A DNA stretch of 64,000 nucleotides from Somniosus microcephalus. Taxonomy: Eukaryota. Position 1 is the first letter of the stretch. Every line of letters begins with the position of its first letter. Made by a program: the position numbers and the translations under genes. Below are positions 1 to 11,285 of this stretch, piece after piece. The stretch is taken from the NCBI GenBank assembly GCA_052327205.1, contig CM126205.1, positions 301,258,001 through 301,322,000 on the forward strand. Reading direction: 5' to 3'. Below the pieces are notes generated by a model that was not told where the DNA came from, ran no database searches, and saw nothing but the letters and a program-made list of their open reading frames with translations.

Positions 1-991
1 CGATGACCCTTCGTGAGATTCCCAGTTTGTATGGCCCAGTAACCACCACAATCATTGAATTTACCCGCAGAGCTTGCCTGAGGTGTTTTTAAAGTGATGT
101 TTTGCTTTGGAATTTCTCTTTAAACCCTTGATGACTGAAATTCACAGTTTACAAATGTACTTTCCTTCTATAGAAAAAAAATCTTTCTTTTAATATTGCA
201 GAATATTACACAGTACAATTAAATGAAAAGTAAAGAAGGGCAAAAGACTCCCGGAGTTACAGCGCTCTGTAGAGAGATGGCGAGAATACAAATGTGTGTT
301 CCTTTCTTGTCGTCTTTTGCTGATTAAATTCTACAGTAGAAGTGGTGGCGTTAAAGTCTGGCTTGGGTGGGCCAGCAGAAAAAGGCACTTCTCCTTAACA
401 CCAAAAGCATCTAGAAAAGTAATAATTGCGGCGTAATTCGCCAGATTATTTCACTGAAAAATTCTTCTTTTACTTTCAGCTTAGCTTTTGACTGCTCGCA
501 TCAGCAGCCATTATCCTAGAAGTCGGGAATCTCAGCAATGCACGGAACAATTATTCTACAACAGAGCTGTGACAAGGACTGGGGTGCTGAAGGTGGGCGG
601 CACGGCATAATGGAACCACTGTTGCAGTATACACACTTATTGTGGAGCCTGAGCTTGCCAAAGTGTAAATGCCTGCTTTTCTTCCAAGCACAGAAGCTAA
701 ATTATACAATCGCGAAATTCAGTAAGAAGGTCAGTCTGACGGGGTGATTGGTAGCGACAGAAGCTGGCAGCATCACAGTGCTGAACACTGAGGTTACTCT
801 GTGGCATTTACTGCAGGTGTACCATCATCTGCTCAATACCAATCGTTAATGAATCCAGCGAAAGAATGGACAGTTTCCTGTCTCTTTTTAAAGTTACAGA
901 GGAGAGCGTGTTTTTTTTTGTTAAAGATGCTTATTTTTTTCCTGATGCACTTTACAACAGAATTTCAGCTTCAGCAACATGAGCACAAAGG

Positions 992-1053
992 CTAGGCTGA
1001 CACTCCCAGTGCGGTGCTGAGGGAGTGCTGCACTGTCGGAGGTGCCGTCTTTT
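992..1053 (+). mobile_element. DeuSINE (SacSINE1-like) fragment
   Basis: GCTGACACTCCCAGTGCGGTGCTGAGGGAGTGCTGCACTGTCGGAGGTGCCGTCTTT matches the recalled start of the Deu-domain region. Confidence 0.7.
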
Positions 1054-1748
1054 GTTGCACTCCCTCTATGGCAAGTATATCCTTCCTTAGGTAAGGAGAC
1101 CAAAACTGTACACAATACTCCAGGTGTGGTCTCACCTGGGCCCTATATAATTGCAGTAAGACATCTTTACTCTTATACTCAAATCCTCTTGTAATAAAGG
1201 ACAACATACCATTTGCTTTCCTAATTGCTTGCTGTACCTGCATGTTAACTTTCAGTGATTCGTGTACAAGGACATCCAGGTCCCTCTGAACACCAACATT
1301 TCCCAATCTCTCACCATTTAAAAAATACTTTGTTTTTCAATTTTTCCTACCAAAGTGGATAATTTCACATTTCTCCACGTTATATTCCATTTGCCATGTT
1401 CTTGCCCACTCACTTAGCCTGTCTATATCCCCTTGAAGCCTACTTGCATCCTCCTCACAACTTACATTCCCACCCAGCTTTGCATCACCAGCAAACTTGG
1501 ATATATTACATTTGGTCCCCTCATCCAAATCATTAATGTAGATTGTGAATAGCTGGGGCCCAAGCACTGATCCTTGCGGTACCCCACTAGCTACAGCCTG
1601 CCAACCCGAAAATGACCTGTTTATTCCTACTCTCTGTTTTCTGTCCGTTAACCAATCCTCAATCCATGCTAGTATATTACTCCCAATCCCATGAGCCCTA
1701 ATTTTGTTTAATGTGTGGCACCTTATCGAATGCCTTCTGAAAATCTAC
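1054..1748 (-). mobile_element. CR1 LINE ORF2 (reverse transcriptase) fragment, degraded
   Basis: Translations LGPQLFTIYINDLDEG..ISKFAGDAKLGG..LQGDIDRLSEWARTWQMEYNVEKC and YRAQVRPHLEYCVQFWSPY are typical CR1 RT motifs. FADD is mutated and the frame is shifted. Confidence 0.95.
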
Positions 1749-2402
1749 CAGGCTGCCTACCAAAGAGATGACACAACCCCACGCTGTTCCACTTCCGGCA
1801 GCCACAAAAAAAATGCGCTGGTCGGCACTTTCTATATATCTTCTAGCTATTGAACATATCCGGTGGTAATGCAGCACACTGCAGTGAAAATCTGAATGAA
1901 GCGTTACAGTGAATTGGTGTCAAGAAGTGTCATTTTCTTTGAATGTAACCTATGACACACCAGCAGTTCAGCAATTGTTTCTAAATTAAAATTCATCTAA
2001 ATACCTCTTTTCTCCCTTCAGCATCCTGTGTTTGGTCTTGCAATTACAACAAAATGGTTACAGAATTGCAATAGAAACCAAGGTCTTTATGACTTTTTTT
2101 TAACTCTAAAACGGGGGGGTGAAACTACTTTTCTGCATCTCTGATCCGAAGCAATCAAATCTTTCTGGGTCCTTACAGTGTTTCCAATCTACAGCTGTAG
2201 CCTAATAAGTACGATGCTTTAATGAAAGCTGCGCCATTTATGAGGTCATTCCTACAAACAGAAACTCTCCAGGACTGATTTATAGTGGGAATCAACTGGT
2301 TTCTGAAAGTGATCCCCTTAGAAAAAAATGGCCCTATTAACATAAACTAAGGAGCCTATTAAGATCATGAAGGTGTTCCCTTTGACATTTCAGTGGCCTG
2401 TA

Positions 2403-2542
2403 TAAGCAGGAATGGGCATCGCAATTAACAGACTGCAATGTAATGGAGGGTTCAGATGACATCATAAACCACTTGGGTGGTTCTGGACGTCATCCGAACC
2501 CCTGAGATTAGATTACAGACTCTGTAATCACTCCCTGCTATC
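2403..2542. repeat. Imperfect inverted repeat (MITE-like palindrome)
   Basis: Core arms 2448-2472 and 2477-2501 match at 20/25 around a 4-nt loop. Weaker symmetry extends outward. Confidence 0.65.
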
Positions 2543-3069
2543 TGTTGTTTTTACAATGTGTACTGGACGTGTTCCCTGATCTCACTTTTTGCACATTTTC
2601 CTGTGTTCTGAGGCTGTTTGAAGTAAATGTTGTGTGCAATCATTTTGTTTGCAACTCTCCTGCTGGTGGATTATTAACCCTTCCTTCTTCTCCTTTGGTA
2701 ACAAGGTGGGTTGACAGGGTGGGTGGGAGCCTTGGTTGGAAGTATTGTAGCTGATTATTGTTATGTGTGTCTTTTTTTGTGTTACAATTTTTGGTGGGCT
2801 GCTTTTCCAGGCTTGTTCTGTTGTTCTGTGTCAAACTAGCATCTGGTCACAGAAGGAGACCGAAGGTGTTTGCGGCATTGATACAGGTTTACACTGAGAT
2901 GTCTGGTGGTATATGTTATAATCATTAGTCTCTGAAAACATATCTCGCTCTCTGCAATTTGTTCTCAGGGAGCAGCATTCCATAATTAGGGTTTTTGCTG
3001 CTAAAGTTGACAAGACTCTCATTCTATTATCAATAATTTGCAAATTAATGGCATTTTATTCTCTGATTT

Positions 3070-3460
3070 TCTCCCTTGAAGGCACTGACTTGTGCTGAGG
3101 TATTGTTGTGTGGGCACTGGTTACCCCCTTGCTCCTTCACCCACGTGGCAATCTTTATCTGCGACCCTGGGCAGAAAGAGTCGCTGAGATATTCGACCGT
3201 GGGAAGCATCGCTGGCTAACCTGAGCTCGTCCTCAACAATATAGGTAGGCATGCACATGGCAGGAGTTGCGGGATAGCAATCAGGAACAGGAATTCTGTC
3301 TGATATTTCTCTTCTTTAGCCTAAGGACTAGTAAAGCTAACTGCAGTGCCCCAACTGTTGCCAATCAGCACAGAGCAGGGATCAAGCCTGGGGCCTTCCT
3401 GTTCTGTACAGTTCGGTACCACACCAGGCAGTACATTGCACCACTGGGGTGTCAGGGCAA
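3070..3460 (-). mobile_element. tRNA-derived SINE, AmnSINE2-like family, diverged copy
   Basis: Reverse complement shares the GGTCCCAGGTTYGATCCCYGGTCTGTGCTGA-like head and body with other copies in the window. Family name from recall. Confidence 0.65.
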
Positions 3461-3664
3461 CTGCACTTTGTCTCTGTGCTGACTGGCACACTCCCTTGTT
3501 TGCCAGCAACAGCATATTGAATACACGCTTGCTTGCTGCTGCCTATCCTCAGTCTGTCCCTATTCTCCCTGCACATGTACATGGTACAGTAACAGATACA
3601 ATAGGCTTGTCACAGTATTTTGCTTTTGAATCCCTCCTCTAAGCTGATCTATAGGGTGGTTAAA

Positions 3665-3910
3665 TTGGTGGGTTAGAAGGAAAAGGTGGGGGAAGAACAA
3701 AAGCGAAGGTCTGTGATAGGGTGGGACGTCTGCCTCTGTATTTGTTTAAAACCTGTTACATCTCTAACTTTTACAGTTCTGACGAAAGGTCAGCGACCTG
3801 AAACGTTAACTCTGTTTCTCTCTCCACAGATGCTGCCTGACCTGCTGAGTGTTTCCAGCATTTTCTGTTTTTATGGCCGATTTCCAGCATCCGCAGTTTC
3901 TTGCTTCTGT
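3665..3910 (+). mobile_element. Penelope-like element terminal-repeat fragment with hammerhead motif
   Basis: CTGACGAAAGGTCAGCGACCTGAAACGTTAACTCTGTTTCTCTCTCCACAGATGCTGCCTGACCTGCTGAG resembles the common elasmobranch Penelope-type repeat end. Confidence 0.75.
3773..3815 (+). ncRNA. Minimal type-I hammerhead ribozyme-like motif
   Basis: CUGACGA core 3779-3785, stem II AGGUC/GACCU, GAAA 3800-3803, palindromic AACGUU, and imperfect stem I ACAGUU/AACUCUGU. Confidence 0.65.
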
Positions 3911-4614
3911 TCCAGACGGATAAAGCTGCTTCATAACCTCCCCACACAGAGAATGAAGGAGGCTGCTCCTTTAAGGAAGAGCTGAGAAATGTCTCTGTTC
4001 ACAGTGTGTGCAGGTGCAAGGTGTTATGTGTAGCCTTAAATAAAGAAATGAACTACACTCGCCAGTCAGCAGCTCCGAGGAGCTGGGAAATACTGCACTC
4101 TCTCCAGCTCTGCACATTTTGTTGGACTTGCGCTGGTCCAGCCCAAGTGCATCTCATTTACAGTAAACTACACAAATCCATTACTGAACTGGACCAAACA
4201 ATACCTGGCTTTGACTTTAACCACTGACATTTTTTAAAAATTTGAACACAGCCAAATTGAGAAGGGAAAAAGAAATACACCACTTGCCATGTAACTTGAG
4301 TATTTCTTCACAAGGGAGAGATCGCGAATTAAGTATAGTGCTAACATTCCCTGAAGAATAGATTACGTTGTGAAGCTGGCACTGTCATTTGCAATCCTCA
4401 CTGTTTTGCAATAAAATCATACAGACAGCATGTACGGATCGTGCACGCTAGATTTTGTTGCTCTGGCACATTAAACAAAATGGTAGCAAATTTTATGCTA
4501 TAATATTTTAGAGAGGAAATAAACTTTGACAGAAAAATTGACCGAAAGCAGAATCAGTTGCTGATGCTGTAACGCTCACAGGGGCACAGTACAGTACTCC
4601 CCTGTGCCACTCGA

Positions 4615-5010
4615 TCCGAGGTGACTCAGTTGGTAAAGCCAACGGCCTAGAATCGGAACTGAGCTGTGCAAAACAGCAAAGTCCCAAGTTCAATCCCCGG
4701 TCTGTGCTGTAACAGTGGATCTCAGGTCGGGCAGTGATAAATTGGCGTCGGTGCTCCTAGCCTTGGGACTTTTACTACATTAAAGGCGCTATAGAAATGC
4801 AAGTTGTTGTTGTTGTTGTTGTTGTACTCAGCGGCGGGGGTGGAGAAATCAGCCAGCGTTGACTGCTATCCAAGTGACTCCTGTTGCACTTGTGTGAACA
4901 CTGGGCGATCCGCTGACACTCAACTGTGCCACTTGAATAAAGTATCGGAGTGGGTACCCAGTGCCCTAGGGGACTGTACCCCAGCATGAGGCAGCACATT
5001 CAGGAAGGAA
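4615..5010 (+). mobile_element. AmnSINE2-like SINE interrupted by an L2 3' tail (4761-4824)
   Basis: The SINE head (AAGTCCCAAGTTCAATCCCCGGTCTGTGCTG) and body flank CCTTGGGAC..AAAGGCGCTATAGAAATGCAAG(TTG)n. Confidence 0.7.
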
Positions 5011-6249
5011 AATAAATTGTACCACCAAGATGCACAGTACAATATTACTGCAGCCTTTCTGAACTGGTGCAATATTGGCTCTGCGGTTTGAGTCACATGG
5101 TACGTCAATGAGCGTCGTTTGTTTGTGTGGATCAGGTGATTGAGCCACTCACTGCACTACTCTGCTACCTGTGAATTTCTCGCACCAGGGCAAGTTTTTT
5201 TTTTACAAAAGGTTATATGCTATGAAAAGCTGCAGATATATTTTGGCATGTGTTACAAAGCAATAACAAGTCTCAGGAGTTCAGAGGACATTGACTGACC
5301 AGTTCTTGTGGTTTGTCAACAGGATCTGAACCCCTTTTGTCTCTGTGTGTTAGTTGCTGCTTTCTAACATGCTGCTCACTATGTATTATCCTGAATGCAC
5401 TTTCCAAGTTTGATTTTCCTCTTATGCTGGAGTTTACAACATTTGGAATGTGAACAGACTTCAATAGAAGACTAATGCGAACAAGCATGGTCAGAAAAGT
5501 ACAGTAACTTATTCAAATGCCAAATGATACAGTACATTATGTACCAGTACATTAAAACTGGGGAGTGCATAATTAAAGGGGGAAATAATGAAATGATATA
5601 TATATAGTATTCCAGTTAATCAGGCCTGTCTAGAATAACTTTATGTCAGGAGCTGGTGGTGAGTGTGTGATGCTACAAGCAGTTTTGCTTTGATCGCCCA
5701 CACATGATAATGGACACATGCTGAATTATACTGACTAGCTTGTCACTACCACTTAGGTCGCACGGCAGAGTGCTGCCTATTTCCTAGAAAACACTTTTAA
5801 AATGAAAGAATTCCAAAAATAGATAAAGGGGAATTATATTCGACTGAATTACTCTGTAATCCTAAATGTTATAAGGGAGATACCTGTACACTTATCGGTG
5901 CCTTGCGGTCTCTTAGTTACCTCTTGCTGCCCTGTTTGTCGTTTTACAAACCACTGGTTTGAGGCAGCCAAGCAGCAGACATTTTGTCTAGAGCTCATCC
6001 TCAGGTGACATCATGGATGGAGACAGTGGTTTGTGGGCAGCAGTCCACATTCATGATGTCAAGTGAAGCAAAAATTCATGATTATGGTCGTAATTCATGG
6101 ATAGCAAGAAGCGCCTGAAAGGCTACAGAGTAGTGTACCTCTTTAATATACATAGGATTCTAGAGCAATTTGTGAGAACATGTTTCTCCTTGAACGCTAT
6201 AGTAAGCTAGATATTTATAGGTTCAAAACAATGGTTCCAACCAAACACA

Positions 6250-6630
6250 GGCCAGAATGATCCCAGGTTTAATCCCCCGAGTCTGTGCCGATTTAGCCGA
6301 TGACAGTATGCAGTGCAACAAGTGGTCTCAGCAACCCTGGACCAGGGCTAGAGATACCACACAGGGTTGCTGCTCCTCTCCACTGTCCAGTGTCCCCTGG
6401 TGGAAAGTGCGCATGTGTGGCCATCAGGTGAGGTCAGGATTAGACCCAGCTGTAAGCAATTCCCCTGCACACACCCCCATGCCCAGCTCCCCCCACCCAA
6501 TGGTTGAATAGCTTGATGACATTCCCTGTTTAGACTCACACATGCAGAATGGCCACATGGGCAAGGCCCTGGAGGATACCCAGCAGCTGTAGAACCTTGC
6601 GCCAGCATGAGTTAGCACCTTCAGGAGAGG
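6250..6630 (+). mobile_element. AmnSINE2-like SINE
   Basis: Same head and body; 3' end CCAGCATGAGTTAGCACCTTCAGGAGAGG. Confidence 0.7.
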
Positions 6631-6849
6631 CGATAATTGGATGGGTGGAGGTGGCAGGGGCTTTTTTAAATAAATCTTTCATGCAATTATGTAATATTTG
6701 AATAAGCCATCCCTGTCCCTCCCAAATCTTTAAAACATTTTTGATTCCAGCAATGTTCCCAAACTCTTGCCAGAGTTGTAGGAAATGTTGACGAAAGGTT
6801 TGATCAAATTTTTAAACAAAATTCACAACTAAAGCAAGTGTAATTCAGT

Positions 6850-7075
6850 CACATTCATGTACTCTCACACACATTCTTACACCCTCTTTCTCTCACATAC
6901 ACACATTCTCTCTCTTATGTACAAAACATACATACCTGCACACACTCTTGCATACTTATGCTCCACACTCTTGCACACTTACGCTCACACACACACATTC
7001 ACTTACAGACAAGCGACACCACACTTATGCACTCACCCTCCCCTGCAAATACATTGACAGGCACACATACACCAA
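6850..7075. repeat. Degenerate CA-rich low-complexity tract
   Basis: Interrupted (CA)n/(CT)n runs. Confidence 0.7.
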
Positions 7076-8691
7076 CATTCGCAAACTGCTCCGTGATTAG
7101 AATTACATTTTCACTCAAGTTCTTCTCAGTCCCGAAGTTGTCACCAATATTTCATTCTGGGTAAAAGCTGAGCTGAGTTGTTTTCTTTGCAGGAGGTATT
7201 ATTTAAAGGGTGGCAGGGGGGAGTGGATGGTGAGGAGAACTGGTTTTAAGAGTAGAAGTGAATGCGCATCAAACACCTCATTACAACAAAGGTTGTGTCA
7301 GGACCCTCAATCACAACTCCGTCACCAGATATTCCAACCTTCCCAGGCAGTTACCTAGGCAGCAGCAAAAAGTCCTACCATGAAAAGAATACTCACATAG
7401 ACACAAAAAAAGGGGTTGAGGTGGTGATTGTCATGCAGACGCCCTTTCTTATGGAGTTCCTTTGCCTAAGAAAATGTGTGCGCAAGTTTTTTTAAAAAAG
7501 TGGAACAGCCACCACCACTATCACATAAATCCTTCCTTTTCCCTAATTCCCTGTTAGCTCCTAGGTTCACAGATATGTAACCACAATTAACATGCGCTGG
7601 CTAGGGATTTACACAGCCGCCATCCTTCAGGCTGTATCCTGATGAAGTAGTATATTATTTCAGCTGGTAGTTCAACAAAGCTTTGGGATGAGACTGATTG
7701 ATTAAGACCAGATGGATGGCCACACATAGGTGCGACAAAAATAGAACACATTGCAGACATTCCTGGCACTGCCCTTCTAAGGACAGGGGAGGTGGACAGA
7801 CCGCGTCTACCTTATCTACCTCCTGATGGGCCTATAGAGACAGGAATGTGAGACTGTGGCAGGGATGGAGAGAGAAGGGGCAGTACAAGAGAATGGCAGA
7901 AGACCATAGGTTTCCTGCTTTCTGGGTCAGTCATGTCGTGGTGTCTCTCTCTCTCTCTCTCTCTCTCCCCCCCAGCATGAAGTTTCACTTAATGTTCTGC
8001 CGGAGCCAAAGCCGTTACCTAGTTGTTATAAATCGTCTTGGATTTCACTGTCGAGTCTGTGGAACTACTGATCTCCGGCTGGCATCTCCGGTAGCTGTGC
8101 ACTGCCTGCAGGGCATGATGGATGGTGGACCCCTATCCTGATACTGTCTACTCTGAGGGGAAAAAAAACTTTTCTTCTGCCCCCTTCAGTTAAAAAAAAC
8201 CCCGCATTCAGTCAGTATCACAGATGTGCTTTGAAGAGTGGAGGCCTATCAAAACATTTAGATTACAATCCAATTCATCTGTGCACTAAAAAAGAACCGT
8301 ACGATTTTCCAACAATTACTATTCATTTATAAAAGGCAGAAAGTAACCCAATGCCTCATTGTTAAACAATGCTCCTAATTCCTTTCCGCCAGTCATATGT
8401 TTGATAAACCTGTGCTTCCTCATACCACAATGGGTGAAATTAGTGATGTGACATTCTCTGCAAAGCAAACCTATGCATTAATTAAAAACCCAAATTATCT
8501 AGATTATTGTATTAAAATTAGACAGGGCGGTGTTACAAGTTACGAACATGGTAAGGGTGCAATATTTAAAATGGTCAAGTTCTAGTTTCATGCTTTCTGA
8601 GGCCATTTTCACTAGATATGTGCGTGCCTTCTCCTGCTAATCCATTATTTGTCTATAGATATAGATGGATAGAATGTCTTGATTACGCATC

Positions 8692-8965
8692 TAGGGTCGC
8701 CAACCCGCCAGGATCGTCCTGGAGTCTCTAGGAATTAAAGATTCATCTCCTGGGCACTGCTGCGAGCAGCCCGGGAGTAAAATCATAGGGGCCTTAGAAA
8801 AAAGTGTGGTGTTTTTTTCATTTTCTTTGAACACTTTCATTTAGTAGTTATATAAAAGTATTGGAGATGGGGGAGAAAGGCTGTGTGACTGGGCGGGGCG
8901 GTTGGAGGTGGGAGGTCATGTGATGTAACCTCCACAAATACATCCAACCAGAGTTGGTAACCCAA
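8692..8965. mobile_element. Non-autonomous DNA transposon (hAT-like MITE)
   Basis: Ends TAGGGTCGCCAAC ... GTTGGTAACCCAA are imperfect terminal inverted repeats of the TAGGGTTGCCA type. Similar acgcatc/acgcacc sequences at both junctions may be a decayed target-site duplication. Confidence 0.75.
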
Positions 8966-9149
8966 CGCACCTGCAAGTCTGCACTGCACCAAAAACAAAA
9001 TATTAAACACTTCATTTAATTAATGTAAGCCAGGTCCGATTTCCATCACCATAAAAAAAAAACATATGTTAAACTAGGCCTTGGCTTTACTTTTGAGTTG
9101 TATTTTCAACAGATTTTTGTGTCAAACAACAAACGTGGCACACCATATT

Positions 9150-9445
9150 ACATAGAATTAGATAGTATTTACAGCACAGAAGCAGGCCATTCAGCCCAAC
9201 AGGTCTATGCCAGTGTTTATGCTCCACACGAGCCTCCTCCCACCTTACTTCATCTAATCCTATCAGCATATCCTTATATTCCTTTCCCCCTCATGTGCTT
9301 ATCTAGGTTCCTCTTAAATGCCTCTATGTTATTCGCCTCAACCACACCCTGTGGGAGCGTGTTCCACATTCTCACCACTCTCTGAGTAAAGAGGTTTTTC
9401 CTGAATTTTTTGTTGGGTTTATTCGTGACTATCTTATATTTATGC
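9150..9445 (-). mobile_element. CR1 LINE 3' end
   Basis: KNLFTQRVVRMWNTLPQGVVEANNIEAFKRNLDKHM is the CR1 ORF2 C-terminus, followed by 3' UTR. Confidence 0.9.
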
Positions 9446-10364
9446 AGTGAGTGTGAACACATACTATCCTCAAAACCTCAAAGATGATTTTTTAAGATTC
9501 TATTCAAAGTTCTATAATCAGTTAACAACCATTGCAGTGTTTCCAGAAGCATCATCTGAAAGCTTGGAAGATGTGAGTAAATGTTTATTCCAGAATGGTT
9601 GAAACTAAAGCTCAGTAGCCACTGACATCTGCAGCTGCTCTAGAGCTGACTTTATCTCTCATTCATAATTTTTCACAATAGCTGTATTTGAATGCATGCT
9701 CCAAAAATAACAATGACTGCTATTTAATACCCCATGCAGCAAAATAAGATGGGATTTTTAAAAAAAAACTATTGGAACTGTTGCTCTGAATATAGTGGCC
9801 TCAACTCTACCTCGGTTAGCTGCAAGGTGTTTGCTGATCTGTCACATTTCTTTTGTACATCAACACAATGTAAAGAAATAAAATTTAGTCCAGAAATTTA
9901 CTATCATCGAGGGAAATGCAAGTGGTCAGGGTTCAATACTGTAGATTGCAACATTACATTGATTTACTGGAATTTTTGCTTGATTACCTTTGGGGATCAG
10001 GTAGACATTTCACTAGAGTCTTCTCTCCTTGGTAGTTTTCCCTGTGCTTCCTAACCTTTATCAGGAGACTAAAGAACTGGTGGAGAGTCCATAACAGAAT
10101 GAATTGAACATGGCCTGTTGGAAGGAATATGTTTGATGCGCCAATGGCTTTTCACATTCCAGACTTTATTTTCTTAATAAAAGACTGAATAATTTGGAGA
10201 CGCTACATGGTTGTCTCTGGGATTCTAACTATACCGTGCAAGGGTCTTTATCTTATAAACTTTATTACCAAGATCCTGAGTGGAATATTTTCTGTATCAG
10301 TAATCTGTATTAATTTAAGGTGAACTGGCAATTCACTTTGTTTTACACCTTTGTCAGGCACATA

Positions 10365-10780
10365 GGGAGTGATTTTAACCCAACTTGCCTGGCAGAACTG
10401 GGCGGATTAGCACTTAAAATTGCCCAGGTCACTTACCTGACCTGGAGCCACCTGCACCGCACGCGATTTTAACCTGCTTAACTGAGTGGGCGGCACGGAG
10501 ACCTACATAAAATTGGCAGGGCCCCTTATTAATATATGCATGCCAGATCCCGCTGACACCATTGGGACCCGACTGTAATTTTTACTATGCGGGAAGAAGC
10601 AGTGAGTTTCCCGCCGGGCCAACCCAGCAATGAAGAAGATCGGGGCCGGAAGAGGCCCAAAAAAGTACGTTCAACAAATTTTTTTTTTTTTACTTTCCTT
10701 GTGGGAGCAGGGGTGCTTCTCCAGGTCCCACAAGGAAAGCTTAGCTCCCCCCCCCAACTCAACCCCCCCCCCCCACCCCT
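10365..10780. mobile_element. Probable non-autonomous DNA element fragment
   Basis: Starts GGGAGTGATTTTAACCC, GC-richer than the flanks, with a recurring ATTTTAAC motif. Family not assigned. Confidence 0.4.
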
Positions 10781-11000
10781 TAGAACATAAGAACATAACA
10801 AATAGGAGCAGGAATAGACCACTTGGCCTCAAGCCTGCTCCGCCATTCAAGAAGATCATGGCTGATCTTGGCCTCAAAGCCACTTCTCTGCCCGCTCCCC
10901 ATAACCCTTCACTCCCTTATCTTGCAAAAATGTGTCTATCGCCACCTTAAATGTATTTAATGACCCAGCCTCCACAGCTCTCTGGGGCAGAGAATTCCAC
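10781..11000 (-). mobile_element. CR1 LINE 3' end with 8-bp tandem tail
   Basis: (AGAACATA)n tail, CR1-type 3' UTR, and the TGGAATTCTCTGCCCCAGAGAGCTGTGGAGGC (WNSLPQRAVEA) motif on the minus strand. Confidence 0.9.
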
Positions 11001-11034
11001 AGCCCACCCCACCCCCACCCCTGCCGATCACGGT

Positions 11035-11285
11035 TGTTCAGGTGGACGTTTAAGTGGTACTATTTAAAGAAAAGTAGGGAGTTCTCCCAGTGTCCTGGTC
11101 AACATTCCTCCCTCAAAGAACAGCACATTAACGGTTTATTCACCTTAGCGCTGTTTGTGGGACACCGGTGTGTGTAAAATGGCTGCCACATTTGTCAATA
11201 TAACAAAGTAATTCATCGTATGTGAAGCATTTTGCGATGTTTTTGAGAGACGTGATAAGCTGCCATAAAAAAGCAAGTTCTTTTC
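11035..11285 (+). mobile_element. DeuSINE (SacSINE1-like), diverged
   Basis: TCAGGTGGACGT..GGGAGTTCTCCCAGTGTCCTGG core and an L2-type tail. Confidence 0.7.
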
